Program-made: the position numbers and the translations under genes | Shown here: in pieces, positions 52,808 to 64,000 of the stretch | Layout of the letters: every line of letters begins with the position of its first letter | How positions within the stretch are numbered: position 1 is the first letter of the stretch | The notes under the pieces: model-generated | What the model was told of the DNA's origin: nothing | Seen by the model: the letters and a program-made list of their open reading frames with translations, nothing else | The model's database searches: none | Source: Callorhinchus milii | Taxonomy: Eukaryota | Direction of reading: 5' to 3' | DNA: 64,000 nt | NCBI RefSeq assembly: GCF_018977255.1 | Contig: NW_024704742.1 | Location: forward strand, 50,780,001-50,844,000

Positions 52808-54468
52808 GTATTTGTTCTATTTTGTGTTTTTTTTGCTCATTCTGGTGTGACTGATGCTTAAAAAAAGATATCACTGTTAGAATCCAGTATATCAAGCTCA
52901 ATTATAGCATACATAAGATTAAGGTAAACCTTCTACACTGCCTATTTAGCATTGTCGTCAAAAGCACACCCTATTCCACAGAACTCCAGTGTGTCATTTC
53001 TACTTTCCTATGTCTTTTTCTGAAAAAGTGCAGAAGTACACATCATTTGGCTGTGGTTTGGACATTCTAGAAACTGTATTAATACCTTGTCAAATTTCAG
53101 AATGTGTTATAGTTTTTGAAGCCTTATTCCATTATTCAATGGAGATTCAAAACCAGACTGTAACCCACTGCAAAACAAGACCATAGTCCATTCCACCACT
53201 TTTGAACGCTTTCCAAAATCTGCATAATTCATTTTTATTTACTCATTAATTTAGACAAACTAGCCAATCAGTGCAGTTGATGTAGTATATATGGCCTTTC
53301 AGAAGGAATTTGATAAGGTGCCATATAATAAACCAGTTAGCAAAATTAAAGCCTATGGGATAAAAGGGACAGTGGCAGCATTGATACCTTGGGAGATATC
53401 AATGGGAGGTCCTCCCGAAGTGAAAGGCGCTATGCAAATGTAATTTTGTTGTTGTTGGTGGAAACAGATTCAATAATAACTTTCAAACAGGAATTGGATA
53501 AGTGCTTAAAGAGGAAAAAATTGCAAGGATATTGGAAAGAGTGGGGGAGTGGGACTGACTGTAGCTCTTCCAAAGAGCTGGCCCAGGATTGATGGGCTAC
53601 ACGACCTCCTTCTGTGCTATAATATTCTATGATTTACATATCTTAAAATAATGGGGAAGGAGAGGAACTAGTTTAGTGATCTCTTATTCTTACATAGCCT
53701 AGGAACACTGTTCATGGATATCTTTCAGATATTTTGGAATGATAAAAGTTTGAACCTCTGAGACCTGCATATGCATAGAATTTGACTTTTATTTCATTTT
53801 TCCCCTGATGTGTATGTCCTACTTATTTGACCACAATGTAAATGTAAGAAGCATTTATTTTCAGTTGAGGGAAAAGAAAACTGCATGAATATGGTAAAAT
53901 AGGATATACACTGTAATCTTCTGGAAGTACAGATGGTAAGAAATTTGAATTGCTGCTGCTGATTGAATAGTGTGCGTTGTGAGGTTACATGATATCCTGA
54001 TACTTTGGTTGATAAAAATTAGGGAATGAGGCAAATGAGTGTATTGTCAAATTGTACAGTTACACATGTTGCCCATGTTTATAGTGCAACTCATAATGAG
54101 CAACCCATAGAGTACTACATCTGACCTCTAATGTTTTTTTGTTGGTTATGATGTGAAATATTACTGTGCACAAATTGGCTGCGAGTTTGCCTACAAAATA
54201 GTCACTACATATTGGTGTAAATCCTATGAAATACATTGAGACTTCCTATTTACTATTATTAATACCATTTGCTAGTACTAATATTAATCCTTGCATTTGA
54301 TATAGGTCCGTATATACTCAAAATGTCTGTTTTACAGGCTTTTCTGTAATGGGTAGTGACTATTTGTTGGCAACTTGCTAGATTATGAATTGTGCAGAAA
54401 TTTTAATAACCTGCCTGATTTCAATTTAATTTTAGTTTTTCTTTTCTCTTTCCTCAATGCTCTTATAG

Positions 54469-54612
54469 AGATTTCTGGGCAATAACTCACAGTCTCCCAG
54501 AAGAACAGAAGCGCCAGTTTCTGCAGTTTACTACTGGTTCTGACCGGGCACCTGTTGGTGGCCTTGGCAAAATAAAGTTGATCATCACCAAGAATGGGCT
54601 AGATTCAGATAG
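54469..54612 (+). CDS. UBE3A-like exon 9 ([34 protein letters not shown]...DSD-R)
   Basis: 144 nt, long pyrimidine tract plus tatag acceptor, gtatgt donor, phase 2 to 2. Confidence 0.96.
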
Positions 54613-54762
54613 GTATGTCGCAGTTTAATGTAAATATTTTTCCTATCAATGTCAAAACTTCCTCTACAAATTAGATCCTTTTTTTAAAAAAAGTTGTAGA
54701 TTTTTTGTGATAAGGCACTGGCCTTTGGTATTCAAGTGCAGAACAGGTCAATATCCTGGTGA

Positions 54763-54969
<207 letters not shown>

Positions 54970-55309
54970 TTATCATGCTCCGACTAGCTACTCTTCACGT
55001 GAACCAAACTCAGATGAGGAGAGAAATCATTTTTTTGATAATACAATAATTTCTTAGTATGTTAAAGCAAACAAAAAAGCCTGTTGTAACATTAAACTTT
55101 TTTTCTCTGGTTTCTTTACAATGATTTCAATTTGTCCCTTTTATTGGTAATCTACCTTTAATAGAGGTATAGCTGGGTGACAGTTATGTGCCAGTGGCAA
55201 TTCCAGCAATTTTGATTTTTAACTACTAAGCTCTGAAACATTTATTCTGGTATTGATTTAAATATTATCATTGGTAAATTTAGGGATGTAGGACACAAGT
55301 GCAAATTTG

Positions 55310-55490
55310 TCCATGTTTGTATTTTTAATAATTTCACATGTTTAAACTCTACACGGTTTAAAGATGCAAAGATTACGTAAATCTTTGCACCGGCAGTTTT
55401 TCCATGTTTGTATTTTTAATAATTTCACATGTTTAAACTACACGGTTTAAAGATTCAAAGATGATGTAAATCTTTGCATAGGAAGTTTTT
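55310..55490 (+). repeat. 91-bp tandem duplication in the UBE3A-like 3' UTR
   Basis: CCATGTTTGTATTTTTAATAATTTCACATGTTTAAACT begins at 55311 and again at 55402. Confidence 0.9.
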
Positions 55491-56110
55491 CTTATTAACC
55501 TTTCTCCCTTTCCTCCAACGAGCAGTATGGAATCAGTTAGTGTGAATGCTTGGAGGAAAAACATTTGATGCAGGAAGGAATTTCTTCCAGATTTAGGAAG
55601 AGGAACGAGGTTGAGGGCACTGTACCTAAAATGCATTTACAATTATCTTGCCAGCTTTTTGTGGGTCTCATGGCTTTATCTATTCATGGCTTCCTTGGAA
55701 TATGATAAAAGAATAATTTTCTTGTATGAATACAAGTAAGGAAATATAACTTCACTGTTTTTTTAAACTTGGTGGTTAAGTATTGCTTACACAAGATATC
55801 AAACACCCAGCTAGAAAGGGCCTGTACTGCATGTACTAATCTTGTTCCATAATGAATACATGATAGAACATCAAGATGCTGTGAGATGCAATCAGCTGAT
55901 TGTTTGGCCCTAAATAAAATGAGAATTCATGCCTTTTATCATGATGCTCAATTGGTTAATGTATAAGTGAAATGGAGAATGGTCTATGTACAGTTAGAAT
56001 GTAGACTTATTGAGTAATTTGATTTGGGATATATTTAAAATATTGATCCATGGTGTTATCTGGAAATGACATTATCTGGAAATGACATTTTGTACAAGGT
56101 ATAAAATGCA

Positions 56111-56116
56111 AATAAA
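56111..56116 (+). terminator. Candidate polyadenylation signal of the UBE3A-like gene
   Basis: AATAAA with an upstream TGTA (56091) and a downstream T-rich tract. Alternative AATAAA at 55913. Confidence 0.45.
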
Positions 56117-59100
56117 ATGGAGTTGTGCAGCACTTTGCAATTTAAATTCTTATTTTTTTCTGAGATGTTGTACCATTTTCTAATGTTCATTCCTCAGGAC
56201 ATTCATTTGTAAATATTTAAGATTTTTTGTAATTTGTTGTACAGTTCTGATTGCACACTACTTGAAGGAAATGTATTCTGTGTGGAATTTGGAACCACCA
56301 TGAGATTGCGGATCTCTTCTTGCACCGCCTGAAATACCATAAAGCTGGAGGAGAAGAAATAAATTAGAGTCTGTACTTCAGCCCACTCACCTAATCTGTA
56401 AACTTCTTCACTTCACAATATGCCACAATTCCATGCTTCGTATCACCAGAAAATTTTAACATCTTCCCTATATATCCAATATGGAGAATGGTGCCTTTAA
56501 GCTAATTCTTTTGACTTCTACCCTCAGGCTAATTCTCCATCCACATCATAAGTGTCTCCTCTGGTGGAGACACCTACTGAATGCCTCTGGAAATCCATGG
56601 ATATAACATCCAGTGTTTTTCCCCTCCCCCATTTACCACCTCAGTGATTCAGTTAGTTGTGTAATTTATAATCATCCAAGTGCTCACTTATTATTGTGTC
56701 CTGAAAGATGGATTCTAGTAACCTCCCACTATTCACAGCAAATGAACTGGCAAGAAAGGCCAACTTTAATCAAATCGAATATTCACCCACAAAATATGCA
56801 GTCAATTCACTTAACAGTATATTCTGTGAAGCGCTTTAACATGCCTTAAAGATATTATAAGGCACTACATCAAATGCAAGGATTATTATTGTTTATTATG
56901 CCAAATTATAATGTCTCAAAGCCCTGCACGGATTTTTTGTAAAGAGTAATGACTGAACTTGTAGATAAATGTGGTAGCCAATTTATGCACAGCAATATTT
57001 CACAAGCAACTATGAAGTGAATTCAGACAGGAACTTGGTTTAACATTTCATCTAAAGAATGGCACTTCTGACAATGAAATGCTCTGAAGAATATGAATCT
57101 CACCATCCAGGGTGGGGGGAGACTCCTCAGAACTGAGGAAGCTTGTTCTACAGAACAAATTCCTTGAATTGCTTGATGTTGTATACTAAAGAGCCTTATC
57201 TCAGCTGAGAAACTGTCTCGACATTGCGATCTAATTTCCAGTACACATGAGCTGGAATTAGATGTTAGTTAAAAATTCTGTTTGGGAACGTTGAAAGCTG
57301 CTTCACTTGCAATATTCTCAAAATTCTGAAAGACCTCAAAGTACAAAAAACCTGCCAAGTGGTTTTGTTCACTTCATATCTTCACTTTACCAGCTTCTGG
57401 ACTTTTTTTTTACAAAGAATGAAACAGCACAGAAACAGGCTACTCAGCCCAACACTTCTGTGCTGGTGTTAATACTACTCTCAAGCCCTATTGCTCGTAT
57501 TTCCCTTCTCTTATACCTTTCTATTCCTTCCCCCTCATTCATACATTAAGTTTTCTCTTAAATATATTGATGCTTCTTGTATGATTTCTGGGCAACACAT
57601 TTCACACTCATCATCCTCTGCTGGAGAAGTTCCTCCTAACCTCCCCATTAGATGACCAATGGGAGTGGAGTCCTGTAGCTCGGTGGTTAGGGCCCTCGCA
57701 AGCGAGAGAACTGGGTTCGATTCGCGGGAAGGGCGAAATGTTAGGCAAGTTTCCTTTGACCTAGTAGTAAGTAGGAACTCAATTGTTAGTCAATTGGTGG
57801 ATCGCTTTTCCAGGGATAATACTTTTTAAAAAAATTGGTTACTTCAATCTACGATTGTTTGTGGGACACTGCTGTGCGCATTTCGCCCACAAAATATACA
57901 ATCACTACACTTTACAGTATATTCTGTGAAGCGCTTTGAAATGTCTCAAATTTGTGATAAGCAGCTATATCAAATGCAAGGATTATTATTATCATTATTA
58001 TCAATGAGTTGGCTTATGTTTGTCACTAGTTATTTGAAAATATCACACATTAGATCCTATCGCTCTTGTACAATTATGATGGATATCGACAACTGCAAAT
58101 TTATGTTCAATAAAATACTATTTACATTTGTGTCAAAGATCACTTTAACTGTCATTTCCAGATATATACATTGTCATTTCCAGATATATACATTCCATCG
58201 TTGCTATTTGGGGGTTACCATATGGCTTGGAAAAATGTTCTGTGTTTCTTTGTGAATTAATCAAATAAAACCCCAAGAAAATATAAGAACAAATACCATT
58301 TTTAATAGAAATAACTTTCCTTACATAATATATATTATATACCTTACGAAAACAGGATTTAAACATAAGCCACTTACATGAAACTACAGATAGGTAACCT
58401 TTACAGCTACTTATTCTAGTTTAATCTTCAAAGAAAATTATTTTCATAATTCAGTTATAAAAGGTTTTCATAGTTTTTTTAATCTAAATTGTGTGGAGAG
58501 AATGTAAAACTGCTATAGAATAATCATGCTTTGTTACACTGTATGGCAAGTTCAGCCGTGCAATACATGATGCCATGCAAAATGCATTTTATGAATAAAT
58601 AGCAAGCAATTATGAAAAACATTATCCTGGTCTCAAAATGATAAAATATGAAATAGTGATGCACATTAGAGCCTCAAAGCAGTTTATCAAATACAGTAAC
58701 TGTACATTATATTAAGTCTGCACCTTGCCCAATATAAAAGTTAGGATAAACCTAAACCTTTTTTGAATTAGCTGTAAATTATTTCCACAGAAAAAGTACC
58801 TAAAAGTATTAGAATATACAAGTGTAAGTTTGGTAAAATAAGTTAGGTTTCCACATTCAATCTTATATGTATAATATGTTTTACCCATCTATGCAGTTAA
58901 GTTTTTCGATTTAAGTAGATCCAGATATCTGTAAATTATGAGATAATGGGCATGGTGTTACAGAATATATCGAAAAAGATTGTGTACAAAGTAAACACTG
59001 AAGAAGCCCTGAGTCACTCATTTGAGTGATTTTTTTTCATCTGTAACCTCTTAACAGTTACAAAAAGAGATCCCCTTTAGCCCTTTGCGGTCAGCAAGTG

Positions 59101-59664
59101 TGACCCTGTTAGTATAAACTAAGTTTCACAAATGAAATAACAGTATCTTCCAAAATGGATTGATGCAACCTAAGTCCTATAACTCAGAGAGACCTGGGTT
59201 TGATTCCTGGCAGGGCCAAACGTTGGGCAAGTTTCCTTCCTCCACACGCCTGTTTGCCGATCATTAAGTAGGAACACGGTTGTTAGTCCATTGGCGGATC
59301 GCTTTTCCAAGGGTAATAATTCCTTCAAAATTTTTTTAAAAATTGGTCACTCAATTCACAACTGTTTGTGGGACACCTCTGTGCGTAATTGGCTGCTGTG
59401 TTTTGCCCACAGTAGATTCTGTGAAGCGCTTTGAGATTTCGCAAAAATGTGACAAGGCGCTATATCAAATGCAAGGATTATTATTATTATTAACATTAAC
59501 TGTCCTTCAAATTCAATTTAGAAGGAATAAAGGTCAACCCAGTTTGTAACTCACAATGTATTTTAAAGCATATGTTGTATAATGTTAACATTTACCTAGT
59601 TTTTTATGATGCAGTGTGATTTATATAAGAGTTAAAAGAATAATACTAATTTTCCATTGAATTT

Positions 59665-59909
59665 TCTATACTAATAAAGATAAAATGTCTGTCTGCTAAT
59701 AACGCAATTACCAATTGACCTGGAGACATGAATTATACCTCATCAGAAAGGTCTTGCATGAGAGAGTGTCATGGGCATATTTTTTGAGGGGATCTATCGT
59801 TGATGAGCCATGAGCTAAACAAGCTCATCGCACATGTATGGCAGTTGGTCACTCAATCCATGACTGTTTACAACATGGTTGCAAGCGTAGCTGCAACAGG
59901 TACCTCTAG
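59665..59909 (+). mobile_element. Non-autonomous Helitron-like element
   Basis: 5' TCTATACTAATAAA, 3' hairpin GTTGCA..TGCAAC (59878-59897) followed by CTAG|T. No TIR or TSD seen. Confidence 0.65.
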
Positions 59910-60020
59910 TTCTAAATATTAAAAAGAGGTGATCTCCACACCTACTGATGATCTTCTCAACCGTTCCTTCTTTATGTGAATTAGGTGTAAAAATGCTGGG
60001 TCAAAGGTAGTTTGCGAATA

Positions 60021-60198
60021 TAGTAAACTCCTGATAAATCATGACTCCAATGGAAAAGGGCTCAGCGGCAAGGTATCTGGAGTGGCAAGTTAAGCATATG
60101 TATAAATACATAAATAAATATAGCCAGGATATTGACAGCTTAATGGGTTAAGTGGTAGCGACAAGTTAAGCCAGTGTTGAATTATCCGGAGTTTCCTG
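60021..60198. mobile_element. About 180 bp Tc1/mariner-type MITE, copy 1
   Basis: TA-flanked TIRs TAGTAAACTCCTGATAA / TTATCCGGAGTTTCCTG. Confidence 0.75.
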
Positions 60199-60880
60199 TA
60201 GATATTGTGTACATTTTCACCCTGGGAGCTTTAGGGAAAACTTAAGACAAAATCTCTTTACAGGCAGTTTTACAATGAAGCAAGCAACAACTGGAAACAT
60301 TGGTAAGTAATGTGTACACAATTTTTTGATTCGCATACTTCGAAGTTGAATACTTTAATACTGATTCAGTTACACAAACATAATACAACTGTAACAAGGA
60401 ATTTTAAAGATTTTATAACATCTATTATACATTAAGTAGAATTAATTTCATGCCGTTAATACTGTTAACACTGCCTATATTATTAGAGTACTGGAACAAA
60501 CTGCACTCAATCTATGTTGAGAATAAAGACTCACTAATAATGTTTAGTAATTTCCAAAAAAATGAGCAACAGTCAATAATCAGCTCTTTCTAGCATTAGC
60601 ATTTGTAGAACTCCATGAGTTGATGTACAGTGAACTCCAGAAACTTGATGTGAGCATGCATGCACCAACACACACTGCACCTGTGCAGAGTGAGCAGCTG
60701 TCAGTGTGATGGAGTGGCCCCAGCCCCTGTGACTGTCAGTTTATTTGTTAAAACCTAAGCTCCCAGTTCCCTTGGTACCGCTCTCTTGCTCGCTCAGCCA
60801 GCACCAGCTCGACACAGGCACCGCTTCTGAGCATGTGTGCTTATAGGATGAGTTATCTGATCAATTTTACATTAAAAATA

Positions 60881-61059
60881 CAGTAATCTACTGATAACTC
60901 AACATTGACTTAATTTATCACTACCACTTAAGTCATCATGCTTTCAATATCCCAGCCCCATTTATTTATGGCTGTATACATATTGCCCAACTCGCCACTC
61001 CGGATAACTCGTCACTGAGTTCTTTTCCCTTGGAGTGACAAATTATCAGGAATTTACTG
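60881..61059. mobile_element. Same MITE, copy 2, inverted relative to copy 1
   Basis: TA-flanked CAGTAATCTACTGATAA / TTATCAGGAATTTACTG. The interior aligns to the reverse complement of copy 1. Confidence 0.75.
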
Positions 61060-61386
61060 TATTTACAAGAATTTCTGGAAACCGTTGAGTTACATGGTAA
61101 GCAGAGTAACAGGTAAATAGATGTTTCTTATTAATATTTTGCATGGGAAGTAGCTGGGATATTGACGGCATGACGGCTTAAGTGATAGTGACGAATTAAG
61201 CGAGGATCCAATTATACGGAGTTGACTGTTACATAAAATGTATTTTGTCACTTCAGTTTCCATTGTTTATAATAATAAGTTGATCTTTTCACAGGTACTG
61301 TGTATTTTTTCTTGATGTATTATTAATGTGTGCAGTTACATAAAAAATTATTGGAACTGTAACATCCTTTTTACTTTTATTCAACT

Positions 61387-62765
61387 TCACTCTACGAATT
61401 CTGAAACATCAGGTTCCACCCCTGACGATCTCATTTTTTTCTCAATCCTTGTCACTCTTTCTTTTATCTTCTGCTGTGTAGCATCATACTCTGCCAGGAG
61501 TCTTGCAAATTTAGTTTGCAAATTGTCTATTGCGCCATCCATTCTGAATACTTTCTCCTCCAAGTCCTTAGGGTCAGCGCCAAGTTTGGCAATGTCTAGA
61601 TCAAGGAGACCATCCTTCAGTAGAATTTGTTTTCCTTTTTCCTCAAGCATTGCTTTTGCATCGGGGTATTCAGTCAGGGCTTCCATGAGATCATCCTTGG
61701 AGAGACAAAACAAATCCGAGTAGCCTATGCTCTTAATGTTTGCAGTTCTTCTGTTCCCAGCTTTACTGCCTTTGATATTCAGAATACTAATTTCACCAAA
61801 GTAGCTGCCATCACTCAGGACCACAAATTGTGTAATTCCATCATCAGCAACAACAGCAAGTTTTCCTTCTTTGATGATGTACATTTCTCTACCAATGTCT
61901 CCTTTGCGGCAGATATAATCTCCAGGGCTGTACACTTGGGGCCTTAGCTTCAACACCAACTCTATCAGCAGACCAGCTTCACAATCTGCAAAGATACGGA
62001 CTTTCTTCAGTGTATCCAGATGGACATTGATGGCAATCTCTGCTCTGAGCTTGTCAGGAAGATACTTCAAAACTTCTCTTTCATCTACAGCTTTTTTGTT
62101 TGTCCACAGGTAGTCAAACCACTTGATAACTCTTTTCTCCAAATCCTTGCTCACTTTTCGGAAGTGCATGTACTGTTTGATAGCATCGATCCTTGACTGA
62201 AACTCTGCACGAGCTGCATTCATGTTAGAAATCATGGAGCCAACATTACCGACAATGGTGGCAAAAATCAACACTCCAATCAAGAAATCAGCGACCACAA
62301 AGATGTATTCAGAATCCTGGACAGGAGGAGGTGTTTCTCCAATGGTGGTTAATGTCAGCGTTGACCAATAGAGGCTGTAAACATACTTTCTAGCAAGCCG
62401 AGAAAATTCTGGAAGAGAGATATTTGGATACACCCATGTGTCTGCTCCAAAACCTATTACTTTGGAAATTGAAAAATACACACAAGCATTCCAGTGGATA
62501 ATGATGCATATGTACATGACAAGGTTGGAGATCCTGAACATGTTTGGATAGTTTGTCCGCGTTTCTGTTCTTGAAAAGAACTCAAACAATCGATTAATCC
62601 GCAACAACTTGTTTAATCTAATCTCTGGATAACTCATTCCAACGATTAGGTATAGGACATCAGTTGGTATCATTGATACAACATCTAGTTTGAATTGCAA
62701 TGTCTTCAAGTATCTTTCTCTGAGTTTCTTTTCATCGGTAATCAATAGTCCTTGTTCCAGATAAC
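61387..62765 (-). CDS. CNGA1: Rod cGMP-gated channel alpha subunit, large terminal coding exon (S3-S6, pore, CNBD, C-terminal coiled coil)
   Basis: Acceptor ctctgcag then GYLEQGLL, pore [39 protein letters not shown]. Residues [30 protein letters not shown] and VYSPGDY favour CNGA1 over CNGA3, as does the NFXL1 neighbour. Confidence 0.93.
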
Positions 62766-63104
62766 CTGCAGAGGACAGAGTAAAACACTGAAATACAGAG
62801 ATCAAAAATAATTCAATACCTGATATGTTTTTAAAAGACTCTCAAATTGGCATTTCAAACATTCATCACTCTTAATTCTAAGAATAGCCAAGCGTCAAGA
62901 TATTTTTGACAATGCATTTGTTTGTGTACTATGAATGGCAAAACCAGTTTGATTTTTTTTATTAGTACTACAAGCTGGCAAAGGTACATCACTGACACCA
63001 TTCAATACTTCTGGGAAAAAATATTTCCCATATGAAGAGGAAGAAATATTAGATAGCTATTTTGCTATCTAATATTAATGAAGACGTAATAATCTAATGA
63101 AGAA

Positions 63105-63380
63105 CAACAACTTGCATTTATATAGCCCCCTTCATGCAGGGGATCAACTCAGAGCGTGTAACAGTGGCAGAGTTTGATGCTAAGACAGGAGAAGGGGGAG
63201 GTGATTGTAGGCACAGTCGAAGAGGAAGTTCTTTAGGTGTGATCTGAAGATGGGCAAGGAGGATGTAAGGTGGAGGGATTGAAGCACAGAGTTCCATAGT
63301 TTGGGGAGTGGTGACTGAAAGCACGGCCGCTGATGGTAGAGTGGAGGAGAAGAGGAACGTGCAGGAGTCTGTCAGCAATC
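63105..63380 (-). mobile_element. L2 3' fragment
   Basis: TISGRAFSH motif and tail CCCTGCATGAAGGGGGCTATATAAATGCAAGTTGTTG. Confidence 0.75.
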
Positions 63381-63876
63381 CAGAATTCTGGATTGCTTGA
63401 GTTGACCAAAGGGTTGACCAAAGAAAGGTTCATGGACCTGTTTTCTTCAGAAAAACTGCTGCTGTGAACCATGAAAGCACATTTACAGAACACAAAGTTT
63501 CAACATCATCGTTGATAAAACATTGTTGTTGGCTACAAAATGGATTTTCTCAGACATTTTCAGACTTTTCTGACTTGTTCAATACAAACTGCTGGAATCT
63601 TGATAAAGGCGAGGAGATCTTGACAATTATTGGATATTGCTAACCAGAGGATACGATTGACAAGAAGATGCTTTTGTGGAGCTGATGGCCAGATGTCTTT
63701 GTAAGGTCGATGTGTAAAGGAACGGAACTGAGTTTAAAAATTTGTGGAGCTGAATTTTGCAAATGGAATACCTAACAGTAAATAATATCAAAAAAGAGTG
63801 ATATACTACAATCAACATGGATTAACAAGACGATTCCTCATCAAAGCCACTTTATTTGGTCTGATCAATTCATTGT

Positions 63877-64000
63877 GGAGTCCTGTAGCTCAGTGGTTAG
63901 AGCACTCGCTTTGCAAGTGAGAGACCTGAGTTCAATTCCAGGCAGGGCGAAACCTTGGGCAAGTTTCCTTACTCCACACGCCTAATAATAATCCCTCCAA
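63877..64000 (+). mobile_element. Young tRNA-derived SINE, cut by the window edge
   Basis: GGAGTCCTGTAGCTCAGTGGTTAGAGCACTCGCTTTGCAAG head, as at 28069 and 42887. Confidence 0.9.

Noticed and set aside
61387..62765. CNGA3 (which would make the ligase the ordinary UBE3A locus)
   Set aside because: Diagnostic residues and the NFXL1 neighbour fit CNGA1. A tree would settle it.
62800..64000. Upstream CNGA1 exon
   Set aside because: No frame matching the preceding S2 segment was found. It probably lies beyond the window.

Overview
Vertebrate genomic DNA. The repeat content (L2 and CR1 LINEs, tRNA-headed Deu-domain SINEs) suggests a cartilaginous fish, probably a chimaera; the species is inferred. 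Three protein-coding genes were resolved by hand to splice-site level. (1) The first four coding exons of NFXL1, minus strand, 12246 down to 4789. (2) A complete, intact 10-exon UBE3A/E6AP-like HECT ligase on the plus strand (21342..54969, about 869 aa) with an AZUL Zn finger, catalytic Cys and its own CpG-island promoter. (3) The large terminal exon of the rod channel CNGA1, minus strand, 61387..62765. The main finding is the UBE3A-like gene between NFXL1 and CNGA1. Human has no such gene there, and canonical UBE3A sits beside CNGA3/ATP10A in non-eutherian vertebrates. It is therefore probably a second, whole-genome-duplication copy of UBE3A, with a conserved catalytic half and rewired interaction motifs (LxxLL, HERC2-binding segment, N-terminus). 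The rest is TE-dense: L2, CR1, SINEs, MITEs and Helitron-like pieces. There is also a G-rich minisatellite and a 10 kb TG/CA array inside a CR1, part of which looks like an assembly artefact.
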